Counted from the first letter of the stretch, positions 18,678 to 29,518 are shown. The stretch: 64,000 nucleotides of DNA from Bdellovibrionota bacterium (GCA_046328905.1 JAXLVP010000001.1:3175541-3239540), one strand, 5' to 3'. Notes: a model not told the origin generated them from the sequence alone. Program-made: numbers and translations.

Positions 18678-19445
18678 ATGCAGCTCATCGCACAATTGTG
18701 TCGGGCCTCGGACCGACAGCTTATCGAGCACGCAGAAGCGCGTCTCGAAGCTTTCGACCGAGGAGATCTGTCCGACGAATCGCTCCTCGAAGCGGGTTTG
18801 ATTGCGGCGTGCGTCAATAACGATTTTTCGCCGTCGCTTCAGCCGATCATCGAGCGCTGGCAAGCGCAGCTCCAGGCACGGCTTCGGTCGGCCGACTTGT
18901 CCGACGAAACGCGCCACCAGCTTCGATGTCTACTCGCTATTTGGTGGTCGCTCTTCAAACAAAAGCACCAGCACAAGAGCGACGCTACTGATCCGATGTT
19001 GGTCGAGTTCTTCTCGCTGTCCGTGAAAAGCGCCCTGCATGAAACGCTGGTCGCTGTCGGTCAGATCATGGTGAGCACTACCAGCGCGGTCGAGCGCGCT
19101 TCGGCGCTTCTGCGGCTGTCGGCGATTTTCTACGAGCTGTCAGGTGAGACGGCATTCCGGGAATATATGATGCGTGTGTTTAGTGCCGCTATTGTCTACC
19201 CGTTTCCTCCGCATCTGATCCCTAACGTAATTGTAGCTGCGGTTCACACAGAGTTTGATGTAATGCCTTTTCAGACTGAGCTGGATCTCCTCCAGGTCGA
19301 GCGGCTTCCGATCTGGATGCGTTCTTGGCATCTGCATCAGATCTGCCCCGCTGCGCTCGCCCAGGTAGCTGAAAACGCTGCCCGGCTCGAGCTCGATCCG
19401 ACGACGAAGCAGGTGTTGGACGAGCTGTGTAAGACCCGTCTGTAA
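18678..19445 (+). CDS. hypothetical protein
   Basis: Start placed at the internal ATG, preceded by GAAGGAG. The first 59 codons of the ORF-track call lack an RBS. Confidence 0.55.
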   Translation: MQLIAQLCRASDRQLIEHAEARLEAFDRGDLSDESLLEAGLIAACVNNDFSPSLQPIIERWQAQLQARLRSADLSDETRHQLRCLLAIWWSLFKQKHQHKSDATDPMLVEFFSLSVKSALHETLVAVGQIMVSTTSAVERASALLRLSAIFYELSGETAFREYMMRVFSAAIVYPFPPHLIPNVIVAAVHTEFDVMPFQTELDLLQVERLPIWMRSWHLHQICPAALAQVAENAARLELDPTTKQVLDELCKTRL

Positions 19446-19473
19446 TCTCAGTCGACCGTAGGTGATGTCGATC

Positions 19474-19511
19474 GCCGGGTGACATGTTTTCACCCGGCGA
19501 TTCCGTTTTTG
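19474..19511 (+). terminator. intrinsic terminator between convergent genes
   Basis: Perfect 10-bp stem CGCCGGGTGA / TCACCCGGCG with a 7-nt loop, followed by ATTCCGTTTTT. Confidence 0.55.
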
Positions 19512-19618
19512 AGCAACAGAACCGAAGCTCAATTCTTACGTTGCGGCTGCGTCCGGGCCGTTGGAGCTCATGCGGGCACGAGCTCCTTGGAGGATGAGGG
19601 GAGGGAAACGAGCTGCCC

Positions 19619-19945
19619 TCAGTTCATTCCGAAGGTGGTGCTGACCAGGAACCGATGTTGTCGATGCCGGCGCTCTTCGTCGAGGATGTGCTCGGCAATG
19701 TGTTGGGACAGCGTCTCAATCCGGCTGGCATCCTCGGGAAGCCCGAGCTCTGACCAGCGCGTTTCGCACCAAGCATCCCAACCGACGTCGTCATCTTCCT
19801 CAGGCAGACCCCGGGTGGCCTCCTCAAAGTACTGGGTGAGCGTGGACAGGTCGAAAACGGGAATGTAACCGAGATCCCGCTCCGCGAAGATCTCCGCCAG
19901 GCGCTCCAAAACCTCGCCCAGCTCACGGACCAATCGGAACTCCAT
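19619..19945 (-). CDS. hypothetical small acidic protein
   Basis: Start at the internal ATG, which has a strong RBS (AAAGGAG). 108 aa. Confidence 0.5.
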   Translation of the reverse strand: MEFRLVRELGEVLERLAEIFAERDLGYIPVFDLSTLTQYFEEATRGLPEEDDDVGWDAWCETRWSELGLPEDASRIETLSQHIAEHILDEERRHRQHRFLVSTTFGMN

Positions 19946-20187
19946 GGCAGTACTCCTTTTTGCCACGAACGATTTGTGCAGAGCCGGGGCAACACAACGT
20001 TGTGTGCCCGCATGTAGCTCGCGACGGTGGTTCGTCGTGAGCTCACGCGCAGACAATTCTGCCCGCATCGATTCAGAAAAGATCAGCGGCACCAGCCGCT
20101 TAGAAGTAATTATGCGGAGACGGCGAGAAGAGTGCCAAAATTCTTGGCCGTTCGGCCGATGGCCGCAGGAGACGCCTCGGCATCGCG

Positions 20188-20868
20188 CTACAGCAACGCG
20201 ACCATTCGGACTGGGGCTTCGGTCCCGCCCTCGATTTTCATCGGCAGAATAAGCACCGTTGCACCAGTGGGCGGCAGGCTTTCTGCGTTGGCTACATTTT
20301 CGACCAGGTACTTGCCGGCGCCCAGGATCTCACGATGCACCGGAAACGAACGACCGCCGCAATCCGGTGACAGCGTATCTATCCCAAGCCCGGAGATGTT
20401 TCGTTCAAGGAGCAGCTTCGCGGTCTCGTGATGGACGCTCGGGAAGCGCAGGTCGTTTCTGTAGCGCTCGCGATGGCCCCAATGCTTGCTCCATCCGGAG
20501 AAAAAGAGCGCGAAGGAACTGGACGGAATGGTCCCGTGCTTGCTCTCGAAGTCCTCGATGTCCTTCGGCGTAAAGACGTACCCCTCGTCCGATTCGCAGC
20601 TCGCCTTGATGACGACACAGCTTGAAATGAGCGACTGCAGCTCAATTTCGTCGACGCATGGGGTATTCGGGAAGCAATGGGCCGGTGCATCAATGTGGGT
20701 TCCGATGCCCGCACGGGAGGTTATCCGCTGAACACGAAATCGGTCCGGTTCGAGCGAATAGTGATAGTCCGTTTCGAGCAGAAGCTCGAAGCCGCAGTCG
20801 GCCTCCCAGGTGGGAGTGTCGGCCGAGAGATCGTGGGTAAGATCAATGATTTTCCGGTCCGGGTGCAA
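20188..20868 (-). CDS. cyclase family protein (arylformamidase/kynurenine formamidase-like)
   Basis: The motif GIGTHIDAPAH (HxGTHxDxPxH) is diagnostic of the putative cyclase family. Confidence 0.8.
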   Translation of the reverse strand: MHPDRKIIDLTHDLSADTPTWEADCGFELLLETDYHYSLEPDRFRVQRITSRAGIGTHIDAPAHCFPNTPCVDEIELQSLISSCVVIKASCESDEGYVFTPKDIEDFESKHGTIPSSSFALFFSGWSKHWGHRERYRNDLRFPSVHHETAKLLLERNISGLGIDTLSPDCGGRSFPVHREILGAGKYLVENVANAESLPPTGATVLILPMKIEGGTEAPVRMVALL

Positions 20869-20871
20869 GGT

Positions 20872-21897
20872 TCATCTCCCGTTGATGGAGGGCTCAAAAA
20901 AAAGCACAGAGAGGTCGTGCTGCGGAGTAAAGTTGCTTCTCGAGAGAACAAGCTCAGTTTGACTTGTTCGTTTAAGTCCCGATTCACAAAGAGAGACGAT
21001 CTGGCGGGGGTTTTCCTTTTCGAGGGTGAGTTGGAACGACTGGATTGGGCCCGCCCAGTTTGCTCCGGTTTTGAGAATGTAATCGACCTGTTTCATTTCC
21101 ACAACTTTTGTCCAGCCCGCGGTCACAGGACGATTGGAGAGCATTTGAAGGATGGCTTTGCGGGTTGTCGCGTCGACACACCACCGAGAGAGATCGTCGT
21201 GAAGGCTGAAATCTCCAAAGAGTGATCGTCCCACAACGGGCGCATACTCGTGATGTATCTTGACGGTGCGCTGAGGAGGAAAGGTAACAGTGGAGAAAAA
21301 GGAATACTCCACAGCCCAAAGAGGCGCGTAGGTCTTCTCGCCTCGCTTCTCTCCAACTTCGAGCAGGCCGGCCTCGAGCAAGTTTGCCTTGGCGCTTTCC
21401 GGTAGGTCGTAGAGAACGTCCGAAAATGTGCGACCGAGTGGCGAAGCTAAAATTTGATTCGCAAGCAGGGTGTCCGTGACGTCTCGTCCAAGCTCGCCTG
21501 TCCGTGACACGGAGAATGCTTTGATCTGTTTTTCGGGTGATACCGACTGTCCATTGACGGAAGTTCTGAACGAGATGAAGTCCTCCGGATGATCGATGTC
21601 TGCGTCGAGGGGCAGGTCCATTACATCGTCTGCGTTGAGCAGCGGAAGGGGAAAGGCGAGAATCGTTGTAATCGGTTCTCGAGAGGTATTGTCCATCTCG
21701 TAATCCACGACGATTCGTTTGGGGCTCACACGTAGCTTTTCCGAAACGATCCTTATCGACTCACTTTTTTCTAAGCGGAGTCCCTCGGCAGCGAGGGTTG
21801 CAGTTGAATCATTCGCGCGCGCCTCCACCGAAACGAATGTGATAAGAACGATGACGAGAGCGAAAAAGTGTCGTAGCGGATGAACGAATCGGAACAT
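20872..21897 (-). CDS. secreted hypothetical protein (DUF4424-like)
   Basis: Signal peptide present. Roughly 340 aa. Overall resemblance to the DUF4424 secreted family. Only a 3-nt gap to the downstream cyclase gene. Confidence 0.5.
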   Translation of the reverse strand: MFRFVHPLRHFFALVIVLITFVSVEARANDSTATLAAEGLRLEKSESIRIVSEKLRVSPKRIVVDYEMDNTSREPITTILAFPLPLLNADDVMDLPLDADIDHPEDFISFRTSVNGQSVSPEKQIKAFSVSRTGELGRDVTDTLLANQILASPLGRTFSDVLYDLPESAKANLLEAGLLEVGEKRGEKTYAPLWAVEYSFFSTVTFPPQRTVKIHHEYAPVVGRSLFGDFSLHDDLSRWCVDATTRKAILQMLSNRPVTAGWTKVVEMKQVDYILKTGANWAGPIQSFQLTLEKENPRQIVSLCESGLKRTSQTELVLSRSNFTPQHDLSVLFFEPSINGR

Positions 21898-21906
21898 TGC
21901 GGTCCG

Positions 21907-22299
21907 CTATTCCTGTTTCCGGCGTTCAACTGCCTCAGCATACGGACGGTAGTCGTCGTCAATGACGTCGTACCATTCAATAGTTTTCTTTGTGCGGCTG
22001 ATGCGGAAACGATCAATCACCGGTGCGACATCGGGATCTCCGCCGCAGTGCGGATTGTGGTTCTCTCGTATGGCGACGGTGAAGCTCTTCGAAGACTCTT
22101 CCTCCACGAACACGTTCACGCATTCCATCTGTGGATAAAGGGTATCCTTCGTTACCTGATTTCGGAGTGTGGAAAGCGCGTCGTCTTTTGAGAGAGGGCC
22201 GGCTGATGCTGGCTGCCCTGAGACGAGCACCCAAACGATGAGCGTTGCGGTGCCGATGAACCGCGGAGTCAAGATATGAAAAGGGGATGCGATCATCAT
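21907..22299 (-). CDS. small secreted hypothetical protein
   Basis: Signal-peptide-like N-terminus after the internal Met. First gene of the three-gene minus-strand cluster. Confidence 0.45.
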   Translation of the reverse strand: MMIASPFHILTPRFIGTATLIVWVLVSGQPASAGPLSKDDALSTLRNQVTKDTLYPQMECVNVFVEEESSKSFTVAIRENHNPHCGGDPDVAPVIDRFRISRTKKTIEWYDVIDDDYRPYAEAVERRKQE

Positions 22300-22495
22300 C
22301 CGCCTGCTCCTGAAAATCGCGGCCGCTGCCATTGACCGCAAAGGCTTCGTAAACATCTATCGCCTTCGCCCCTGAAAAACAATGTTTGATAGAAGGTGGA
22401 GTTTTGCCGTTAGAACTTCGAAACGCATTGGGAGAGCTTGAGCCTCGGACGGCGCGAAGTGCACCGTCCGAGTCGAACCGCGATAAGACCGGCGT

Positions 22496-23599
22496 TCAGT
22501 CGAGATACGCGAAGTAGCTCGGCACCGAAGAGGGCTGTTGTAGGTGCCCAGTGCCTTGCATCGAGAAACCGAGGCTGGTTGACCACGAGCCCATGATGAG
22601 CTGTTCCATGGCGCTTCGGCGATTGGTTTGTCGACGTTCGAGGAAGTCCTCGATAAAGAGTCGGTGATAGCTGCTTCCGGAGCCACTCGCGTTGGCGGAC
22701 GCGTTCGGTGCGTCGCTGGCCAGATCAGAGTCGAAAGGGAGCCAGCCCGGCAGCGAACCCTGGGTGACATCGGTCTCGGCGCGTACGACGACGCCGTCCT
22801 CGCGAACCCGAATCCGACCGTTTTTTCCTATGAGCGAGACCGTCCACTTCGAGGAAACGTGTGTGCCCGAGGTGAGCGAATAGTTGATCGGAAAACCGTT
22901 CCAGAGAACCATGGTTCCCACCGCGGTTGTTTCCGTCTCGCATCGCGGATCGTCAGAGTGTGCTTTTGAATTGCTGACGCCATAGACGGTTCGGACCGGA
23001 TGCTCCCCACGAGGCAGCTCCGGCTGCGTGTGCCGAGCGATCTGGAGGGCCGCGTGAAGAGCATGAGGGGATTGGTTCAGTATGACACCATCGTTGTTCG
23101 CCATACGGTAGTGGTGATCGAGGTATTCACCGAAGCGTCCCCAATGAAGCGTAACGTTTGCTGCCAGAGGGGTTCCCAGGAGCCCCTCTTTGACGAATCT
23201 CTCAGCAGCGACAACCGCAGGGTTGAAGCTGTGCTGGAGCAACGCGCCGAAAAAACGGTCCGGCGAGCTATGTGCCGCTCGGAGCAGCCGCGTCAGCTCT
23301 GTGAGGTTGATGGCGAGCGGTTTGTCGATGAGCGTATCGATTCCTGCTTCTAGCGCTGCTTCGAATTGGGACACTCGAACACTGTTCGGGCTGCAGATGA
23401 CTGCGACGTCCGGCTTCGCGGCGAGCAGGCCAGCGAATGTGTCGAATGGTTGCCCACCGAATTCGTTGCACAACGGATCGCGGCGCGTTGCGCTGGGCGC
23501 GCAGATTCCCATTAGCTCCGCGTCGGTCATTGCCGCAACTGCAGCAGCGACGAACTTTGCGCCCGTTCCGGCGCCAACGAGACCAATTTTGACACTCAT
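22496..23599 (-). CDS. Gfo/Idh/MocA family oxidoreductase
   Basis: N-terminal Rossmann motif KIGLVGAGTGAKF and EAGIDTLIDKP are typical of the family. The C-terminal domain is longer than usual. Confidence 0.78.
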   Translation of the reverse strand: MSVKIGLVGAGTGAKFVAAAVAAMTDAELMGICAPSATRRDPLCNEFGGQPFDTFAGLLAAKPDVAVICSPNSVRVSQFEAALEAGIDTLIDKPLAINLTELTRLLRAAHSSPDRFFGALLQHSFNPAVVAAERFVKEGLLGTPLAANVTLHWGRFGEYLDHHYRMANNDGVILNQSPHALHAALQIARHTQPELPRGEHPVRTVYGVSNSKAHSDDPRCETETTAVGTMVLWNGFPINYSLTSGTHVSSKWTVSLIGKNGRIRVREDGVVVRAETDVTQGSLPGWLPFDSDLASDAPNASANASGSGSSYHRLFIEDFLERRQTNRRSAMEQLIMGSWSTSLGFSMQGTGHLQQPSSVPSYFAYLD

Positions 23600-23925
23600 C
23601 GTAGTTCTCCGTTTCGTTCAGGGCAGGCTGAAAAGCGCCCGCGGGTTGATCGGGCCGGTGGCCCGCCGGGGAGTAGAGTGGATGAAACCTTTGAGCTCTA
23701 GCTGCTCCCTAAGCAGTGTCTGTTCGTATTGGATCCAAACAGTGCAGAGGGAGGGAAGGCGACTACTCGAACTGAGCTGAGAGAGATTCGAAGAGGGCAA
23801 TTGCTAACACACATTGAGCTTCCGCTCAAAAGTGGCAGGGGCGAACGGATAAAGCGCATCAGACGATCTCCCAACGATGAGCGTTGAGCACAGTACGCAG
23901 TGCTAAGGAGCTGCTTCGAAACGTT

Positions 23926-24372
23926 TTATGAACGAGACGCGCCCGCGTCGGTGTGCTGACCCTGTTTTAGCGAGTGCAGATAGTTCGCGAGATCCCAGAT
24001 CGTCTTCTCCGGCAGCTTGTCCTTGAACGAAGGCATATCGGAGCCTTTGCCGATTGAAATCCTCGCCGCTATGCGCCAAGCGGCTTTGTCGTAAGACTTC
24101 GCAGTAAAGTCAGTGGGTGCTGCGTTAAGACCTTCGGCATCGGGACCCCGACCGTCCGCGTCGCGGCCATGACACCCCAAGCAGTTCCTCTCGAACGCTG
24201 TCCGCCCCCGCGCGATCGACTCCGGGTCATCCGCTGTCGGGTTGGTCGAGAAGGCGAAGGCGCCCATTTGAAGGTGACTGCAGGACACCAGGGAGATCAA
24301 AATCGCTGGCATAACAAAACGTGAGAGCTGTCGTCGATCAGGTTGTGGCTGAAGAAGCATTTGTACCTTCAA
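23926..24372 (-). CDS. c-type cytochrome (class I), lipoprotein-like signal
   Basis: Single CxxCH heme-binding motif (CLGCHG) with a distal Met region. Signal ending LISLVSC. Confidence 0.75.
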   Translation of the reverse strand: MKVQMLLQPQPDRRQLSRFVMPAILISLVSCSHLQMGAFAFSTNPTADDPESIARGRTAFERNCLGCHGRDADGRGPDAEGLNAAPTDFTAKSYDKAAWRIAARISIGKGSDMPSFKDKLPEKTIWDLANYLHSLKQGQHTDAGASRS

Positions 24373-24484
24373 GGAGTCGAAACTTTCCGTCAGTGTTCTA
24401 GCGCTATTCGGCTAAAAAGTTAAGGAGGAATCGGGGGGCGCCGACGCAAGTTCGAGGCTCATATCGCGCTCGTCCTATTCCTCC

Positions 24485-25282
24485 TTGCCGATCGAGCCGT
24501 GTTCCTTCATAAAGATCCACATGAAAGCAGGCGATTTTACAGACCTGGCGAAAGCGTATCATCACCGTTTGAGCTACTCGGCGACAGTCCTCAGCGTGAT
24601 TGCAAAGCGTGTTGGGGCCTTCGAAAAAGAGAAGTTTCTGGTTGCAGATGTCGGCGCGGGTACAGGGAAGCTTACTGAAAACCTGTGCTCGCTCGGTGTT
24701 TCAGTGGTTGCGGTTGAGCCCAATGATGCGATGCGCACGGAAGGTGCGGCCGCGCTTCGGGGCAAAGTTGAATTTCGCGCTGGATCCGGCGAGCAAACAG
24801 GCCTAGACACAGGTTCCGCAGACTGGCTGCTGATGGCGTCTTCATTCCATTGGGTCGACACCGCAAAGGGTCTGGCCGAATTCCATCGAGTGCTCAAACC
24901 GGGTGGATATTTCACCGCGCTCTGGAACCCAAGAGACCTCGAGCGTAGCCAGCTCCACAAACAAATTGAAGATCGGATCAAAGAGATCGTGCCGACTCTT
25001 GATCGTCGCTCTTCCGGCTCCAGCAAGTTTACGGAAGACCTCGATCTGAAGCTTGTTTCGACAGGCCATTTCGAGGACTGCTTCTATCTTGAATCCCGAT
25101 ACGAAATCACGATGCCTGTCGAGCGCTACATCGGTGCATGGACGTCGGTTAACGACATCCAAGTGCAGGCAGGCCCTGATCGATGGAAGCTGATTTTGTC
25201 CGCGATTGAGGACGCCTGTCGCGGAATGCAAACGATTGTGGTTCCGTACCGAACTCGAGCGTGGACCGTTCGCCGTAAATAA
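24485..25282 (+). CDS. class I SAM-dependent methyltransferase
   Basis: Motif I VADVGAGTGKLT. The ORF-track start is a TTG. The ATG at 24521 is an alternative start. Confidence 0.75.
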   Translation: MPIEPCSFIKIHMKAGDFTDLAKAYHHRLSYSATVLSVIAKRVGAFEKEKFLVADVGAGTGKLTENLCSLGVSVVAVEPNDAMRTEGAAALRGKVEFRAGSGEQTGLDTGSADWLLMASSFHWVDTAKGLAEFHRVLKPGGYFTALWNPRDLERSQLHKQIEDRIKEIVPTLDRRSSGSSKFTEDLDLKLVSTGHFEDCFYLESRYEITMPVERYIGAWTSVNDIQVQAGPDRWKLILSAIEDACRGMQTIVVPYRTRAWTVRRK

Positions 25283-25508
25283 CGCTGGCCTTGCGTAGCA
25301 AGCGGATATGCTACTCGTCAACGTTCGGAGCATGGCGCTCGCCCATGTTTGATTCGTTTGAATCAGTGGGGCTTCTGGGGGCAACTGCCGGCGTAGAGCG
25401 TCAAAACCTTGACGTCGGGTAGGGAGGAGGAGGGCGGTGTCGAGAGTGCCGCCCCGGATTCGCGTGATTGACGTAGTTCGGTCAGGCGGTTAGGAACTCG
25501 TAGACAAA

Positions 25509-26591
25509 TTGCTTTTCCCCGGAGCCTTGATGAGACGCATGTTACGAGCTCTGCCCCTGACACTATCCCTTTTCTGTGTGGCATCCTGCAGCCTGGCTCA
25601 AGAGCCTCCGCCAGACGGATTCAACGACTCACACTTTCACCTTACCAACTACGTCCAAGAGGGGATTACGCCGAAACAGTTCCTCAGCATCATGGGCGAC
25701 CGCGTTCAGCGTTCCACGCTCTTCGGCATTCCGCTGCAGCAACACTGGTCTTACCGCGTCAATGGAGACGTTGCCCCGACGTATTACTTGGATACTGATG
25801 CGGACCTCTATTATTACTCGTTCACCGACGCCGCAATCGCCATGGCGTTTCGGTCTTTGTCGCCGGCGGAGCAAAAGCGATTCGATCCCATGATCACCGG
25901 CTTCAATCCGGCGGACATGTACGCAGCCGATCACATCAAACGAGTGCTCAAGACGTTTCCGGGCGTGTTCGTTGGAATTGGTGAGTTCACCATTCATAAA
26001 GAGTTCGTGTCATCGAAGATCGCAGGGGATGTGGCGAGCTTGACCGATCCGGCGCTCGATCGAATTCTCGACTTCGCAGCAGAGGCAGGGCTTGTGGCCA
26101 TTATTCACAACGACATGGCGATGCCTTTTCCAAAACCGGAGATGGAGCATACATACTCGGACCAGATGATCGCCCTGCTGCGGAGGCATCCGAACAGTGC
26201 GATTATCTGGGCGCACACAGGGCTCGGCCGAGTCGTTCGGCCAATCCACGATCATATGCGCGTGCTCGAGTCCATTCTTAGCGACCCGCAGCTCTCAAAC
26301 GTAAGCTTCGACATCTCTTGGGACGAGGTCGCAAAGTACTTCGTCGAGAGCCCCGAATCCACAAAGGCCGCAGCCGATCTGATCAATCGATTTCCCACGC
26401 GATTCCTTTTCGGTACAGACACGGTTGCACCGGCGACCGCAGAGAAATATTTTTCGATTTACGAGAAGTATAAGCCGCTGTTTGCTCTTCTCACTCCCGA
26501 CGCAAGCCGACGGGTCCGTTTTGAAAACTATGTTCAGATATTCGACCGTGCACGCGCGCGGGTCAGAGAGTGGGAGCACAAGAATCTGTAG
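25509..26591 (+). CDS. secreted amidohydrolase-2 family metal-dependent hydrolase
   Basis: Signal peptide. N-terminal DSHFHL metal-binding motif, a later HNDMA, and AHTGLG. TIM-barrel amidohydrolase-like. Confidence 0.68.
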   Translation: MLFPGALMRRMLRALPLTLSLFCVASCSLAQEPPPDGFNDSHFHLTNYVQEGITPKQFLSIMGDRVQRSTLFGIPLQQHWSYRVNGDVAPTYYLDTDADLYYYSFTDAAIAMAFRSLSPAEQKRFDPMITGFNPADMYAADHIKRVLKTFPGVFVGIGEFTIHKEFVSSKIAGDVASLTDPALDRILDFAAEAGLVAIIHNDMAMPFPKPEMEHTYSDQMIALLRRHPNSAIIWAHTGLGRVVRPIHDHMRVLESILSDPQLSNVSFDISWDEVAKYFVESPESTKAAADLINRFPTRFLFGTDTVAPATAEKYFSIYEKYKPLFALLTPDASRRVRFENYVQIFDRARARVREWEHKNL

Positions 26592-26595
26592 CGTA

Positions 26596-28821
26596 TCAGC
26601 GAAGGTACATGCCCGGATCTCCGAGGCGGACTAAGAACGCATCGCTGCCACCCGCGAGCGTGGCTTGGAAGGGGTTCTTGACCGGGAAGTTCTCGGATTC
26701 GGTCCACCCAGCGATGAAAACCTTCTTCTTGCTGACGGCAATTCCGGAGGCTACGTCATCGCCGGATCCGCCGAGCAAGCTTGAATACAGTAGCTTGTCA
26801 CCCAGCGGTGATAACTTTGCGATGAAGCCATCGCGTCCGCCGGCTGCGTCCTGGAATGCTCGAACGTGTGGAAAGTCCGCCGAGTCGGAATATCCGACCA
26901 CATAGACCGCGCCGTCACTGTCCAGGGCGACATCGTAGGCGACGTCAGTTCGGCTTCCACCGAGGAATGTGGAGTATACGATTCCCGTGCCGTCGGCTTT
27001 GAGCTTCGTTACAAACCCGTCGCCGTTCCCGCGAGCAACGGTTTGAAAAGCGCCGGCAGTAACCGGGAAGTCAGGCGAATTGGTTGTGCCGGTGACATAT
27101 GCTTGCCCGTCCGAATCGACGGCGATGCCGTGTCCCCACTCGCTCGACTTCCCGCCAAGGTCCATATTAAAGATTCGTGACGAGCCGGTCGAGTCGACCT
27201 TGGTAACGAATACGTGACCGCTCAAAGAGCCGAGAACATACGCGTTGCCCGCTTTGTCCGCTTCCACTCCGTCGATAGTCGAAACTTGGGATCCGATGAA
27301 CGTCCCGTAGACCAGCTTACCCGTCGGGTCTAGCTTCACTAAATATGCTGTAAAACACCCCGTGCATGCGTTCTTCGCCGAGATCGGGTTGGGCGAGCTC
27401 AAGTGAGGCATCGTGTTCGCCCTCGTCGGGAATGCCGCGTACATGTTCCCTGCAAAATCGACCGCGAGACCGTTCACTGAATCGTGCGAAATGTATCCGG
27501 GGCCCGGTGCCGGATCGTCACCGCCAAGAAAGGTGGAGTACTCGAGCACGTCGCCCTTCGGGCTCAGCTTCGCGAGGAACCCGTCTACCTCGCCGAGCAT
27601 TTTGTCCTGCACTGCGCTTTTCGTGGTCGGAAAGCCTTTTGAGTGAGTCGTTCCCGAAACCAAGACAGATCCGAGCGGCCCTGCGGCGATCCGGATTCCC
27701 TCATCGAGCTCCTTGCCACCGAGGTAGGAGGTAAAGAGCAGCTTCGTGCCCGAATCGATGACTTTGACAACGAAGACATCGAGATTGCCTGCGTTCTTCT
27801 TTTGAAACGCCTTACTCCTGGCGGGGAAGTCTGTCGAATAGGTGCTTCCGGTAAGATATGCGTTTCCTGCATCATCCACAGCGATGTCGATCGGGGTCAG
27901 GTTGTCTAAGCTGCTCCCGCCGATGAAGCTGGAGGTGGCAATAACCGGATCGATCACAAGCGGTAGTGACGGATCGTATGCGCCCAACTCAATTCGCACT
28001 TCGTTTCGAGCTACGATAGAGTAGCTGCTGCGTATCTGACGTCGTTCGCCGCGAATCATCTGATAGGCTTTCGGCGGATGCTGCTCGATGCTTCCGCAGT
28101 CTGAATCGATGAGGAGTGAGCCACGGTCGCTGACACGCACCTGTTGGGCTCCATCATATTTCAATCGTATCAATGATGGATCGGAGCCTGGATCGACATT
28201 CAGGTCGAACTCAAATTGCGAAAGGCGGGGTCCGTAAAATACGGCATCGATTCCCGGATACAGAGAGGGATAGGTGACCTTTGCAAACTGGCGAACGTTG
28301 GTTTTCCACTGCGATCGGTCGGTGCCGGTGAAGAAGTTAACATGTGAGGTGAGCTCGGACTCCCCTCGAGCTTCCCCAGCCAGATGGCGCGAGCCTGGAA
28401 AAGAGAGTGTAATAGGATGCGGATGACTCTCGTCGTTCTGATTGCACGAAAGTAGGGTAATCGCATCGTCGTGCAGCTCGAAGATGAACCCATTGCCGCG
28501 TGCGGTGAACCTCACGCTCGCATCCCTCTGTCCGACATTTTCCTCGAATGGCAACACTTGACCGGCAAACGTGCGGGCCGCGTTGGCTTGAATAGTGGCG
28601 ACGGAAACGGGCGCCGGGACGGCAGGGTGGGTGGTTACCCTCATCTGCGACGTTGTTCCGAAAGGCGGATGCGAAAATGACGAAGCCGCTGTGGAGCAGA
28701 GCAAAATGAAAAGTGCGAGCACGACCATCAAGGCGTAGGATTTTTTCCTCGCAGTGGCAGTTCGTTTGAGGATCGTACCGGGTCTTGTTGCGTTCAAATG
28801 AAACCCACTATAAACGGACAC
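26596..28821 (-). CDS. SBBP (beta-propeller) repeat-containing secreted protein
   Basis: The motif G-x-Y-V/L-T-G-x-T-x-S-x-D-F-P recurs multiple times (DAGNAYLTGSTYSTDFP, AYVTGTTNSPDFPVT, AVYVVGYSDSADFP). Signal/anchor at the N-terminus. Confidence 0.8.
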   Translation of the reverse strand: MSVYSGFHLNATRPGTILKRTATARKKSYALMVVLALFILLCSTAASSFSHPPFGTTSQMRVTTHPAVPAPVSVATIQANAARTFAGQVLPFEENVGQRDASVRFTARGNGFIFELHDDAITLLSCNQNDESHPHPITLSFPGSRHLAGEARGESELTSHVNFFTGTDRSQWKTNVRQFAKVTYPSLYPGIDAVFYGPRLSQFEFDLNVDPGSDPSLIRLKYDGAQQVRVSDRGSLLIDSDCGSIEQHPPKAYQMIRGERRQIRSSYSIVARNEVRIELGAYDPSLPLVIDPVIATSSFIGGSSLDNLTPIDIAVDDAGNAYLTGSTYSTDFPARSKAFQKKNAGNLDVFVVKVIDSGTKLLFTSYLGGKELDEGIRIAAGPLGSVLVSGTTHSKGFPTTKSAVQDKMLGEVDGFLAKLSPKGDVLEYSTFLGGDDPAPGPGYISHDSVNGLAVDFAGNMYAAFPTRANTMPHLSSPNPISAKNACTGCFTAYLVKLDPTGKLVYGTFIGSQVSTIDGVEADKAGNAYVLGSLSGHVFVTKVDSTGSSRIFNMDLGGKSSEWGHGIAVDSDGQAYVTGTTNSPDFPVTAGAFQTVARGNGDGFVTKLKADGTGIVYSTFLGGSRTDVAYDVALDSDGAVYVVGYSDSADFPHVRAFQDAAGGRDGFIAKLSPLGDKLLYSSLLGGSGDDVASGIAVSKKKVFIAGWTESENFPVKNPFQATLAGGSDAFLVRLGDPGMYLR

Positions 28822-29050
28822 CTCCGTTTATAGTGCCGGATCTTTTTCCGTTATGCGCGACTTATTTAGCGAGCATCCTGATTCGATCAGATTTCGACGG
28901 GCTCTTCGTGGTCCATATGATCGACATCATTCGATTGCAGTGTTGACGCTGTGAGAGTTTCGCGGAGCGCTGGCACAAGCTGCCCAGAAAAATCAAGGCA
29001 CTGCGGTAGCGCGGTGCCTTGGGTCCGGAACCTCGGACGAGTTATTCGCG

Positions 29051-29518
29051 TTATGCTTGCATTTCGGGTGACCTCGGATCGCCGATAGCGAGCCTCGGCG
29101 TCGAGTCGGCGTCCTTGTCATTCCCGTACAGCCGGATGGCCAGACGTTCGTCCCCGTACTTGATCTCCAGCTCGATGCAGTTCGTGGAACCATCGATATC
29201 ATCTACGGTGGGTGGTAACAGCCTGAGGTCCTGAAACCCGACGCTCACGCCGCCGCGGAGATCAAACATCTGCGATTCGAAGGAGAAGAGCAGTGCTTCC
29301 GTTGTTGCCGGGAACGGCATGCCAGCTCCTTTGAGCCGGTCGCGCGCGGTGATCTCCATCGATCGCGTAAGGCTGAAGAACCGAGGTTGCTCGCGGTCCG
29401 GCAGGCTCAGTAAAAGTCCGCACAGTTTGCGACCGTAAAGAACGTGGATGATGATTTCGTATTCGCCGACTCGCACCTCCACCTGAGAAGAAGTGCCGGA
29501 CGTAGTGGAATGACGCAT
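29051..29518 (-). CDS. hypothetical protein
   Basis: Start at the internal ATG, which has the RBS GAGAGAGGAAAAC-ATG. 155 aa. Confidence 0.5.
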   Translation of the reverse strand: MRHSTTSGTSSQVEVRVGEYEIIIHVLYGRKLCGLLLSLPDREQPRFFSLTRSMEITARDRLKGAGMPFPATTEALLFSFESQMFDLRGGVSVGFQDLRLLPPTVDDIDGSTNCIELEIKYGDERLAIRLYGNDKDADSTPRLAIGDPRSPEMQA

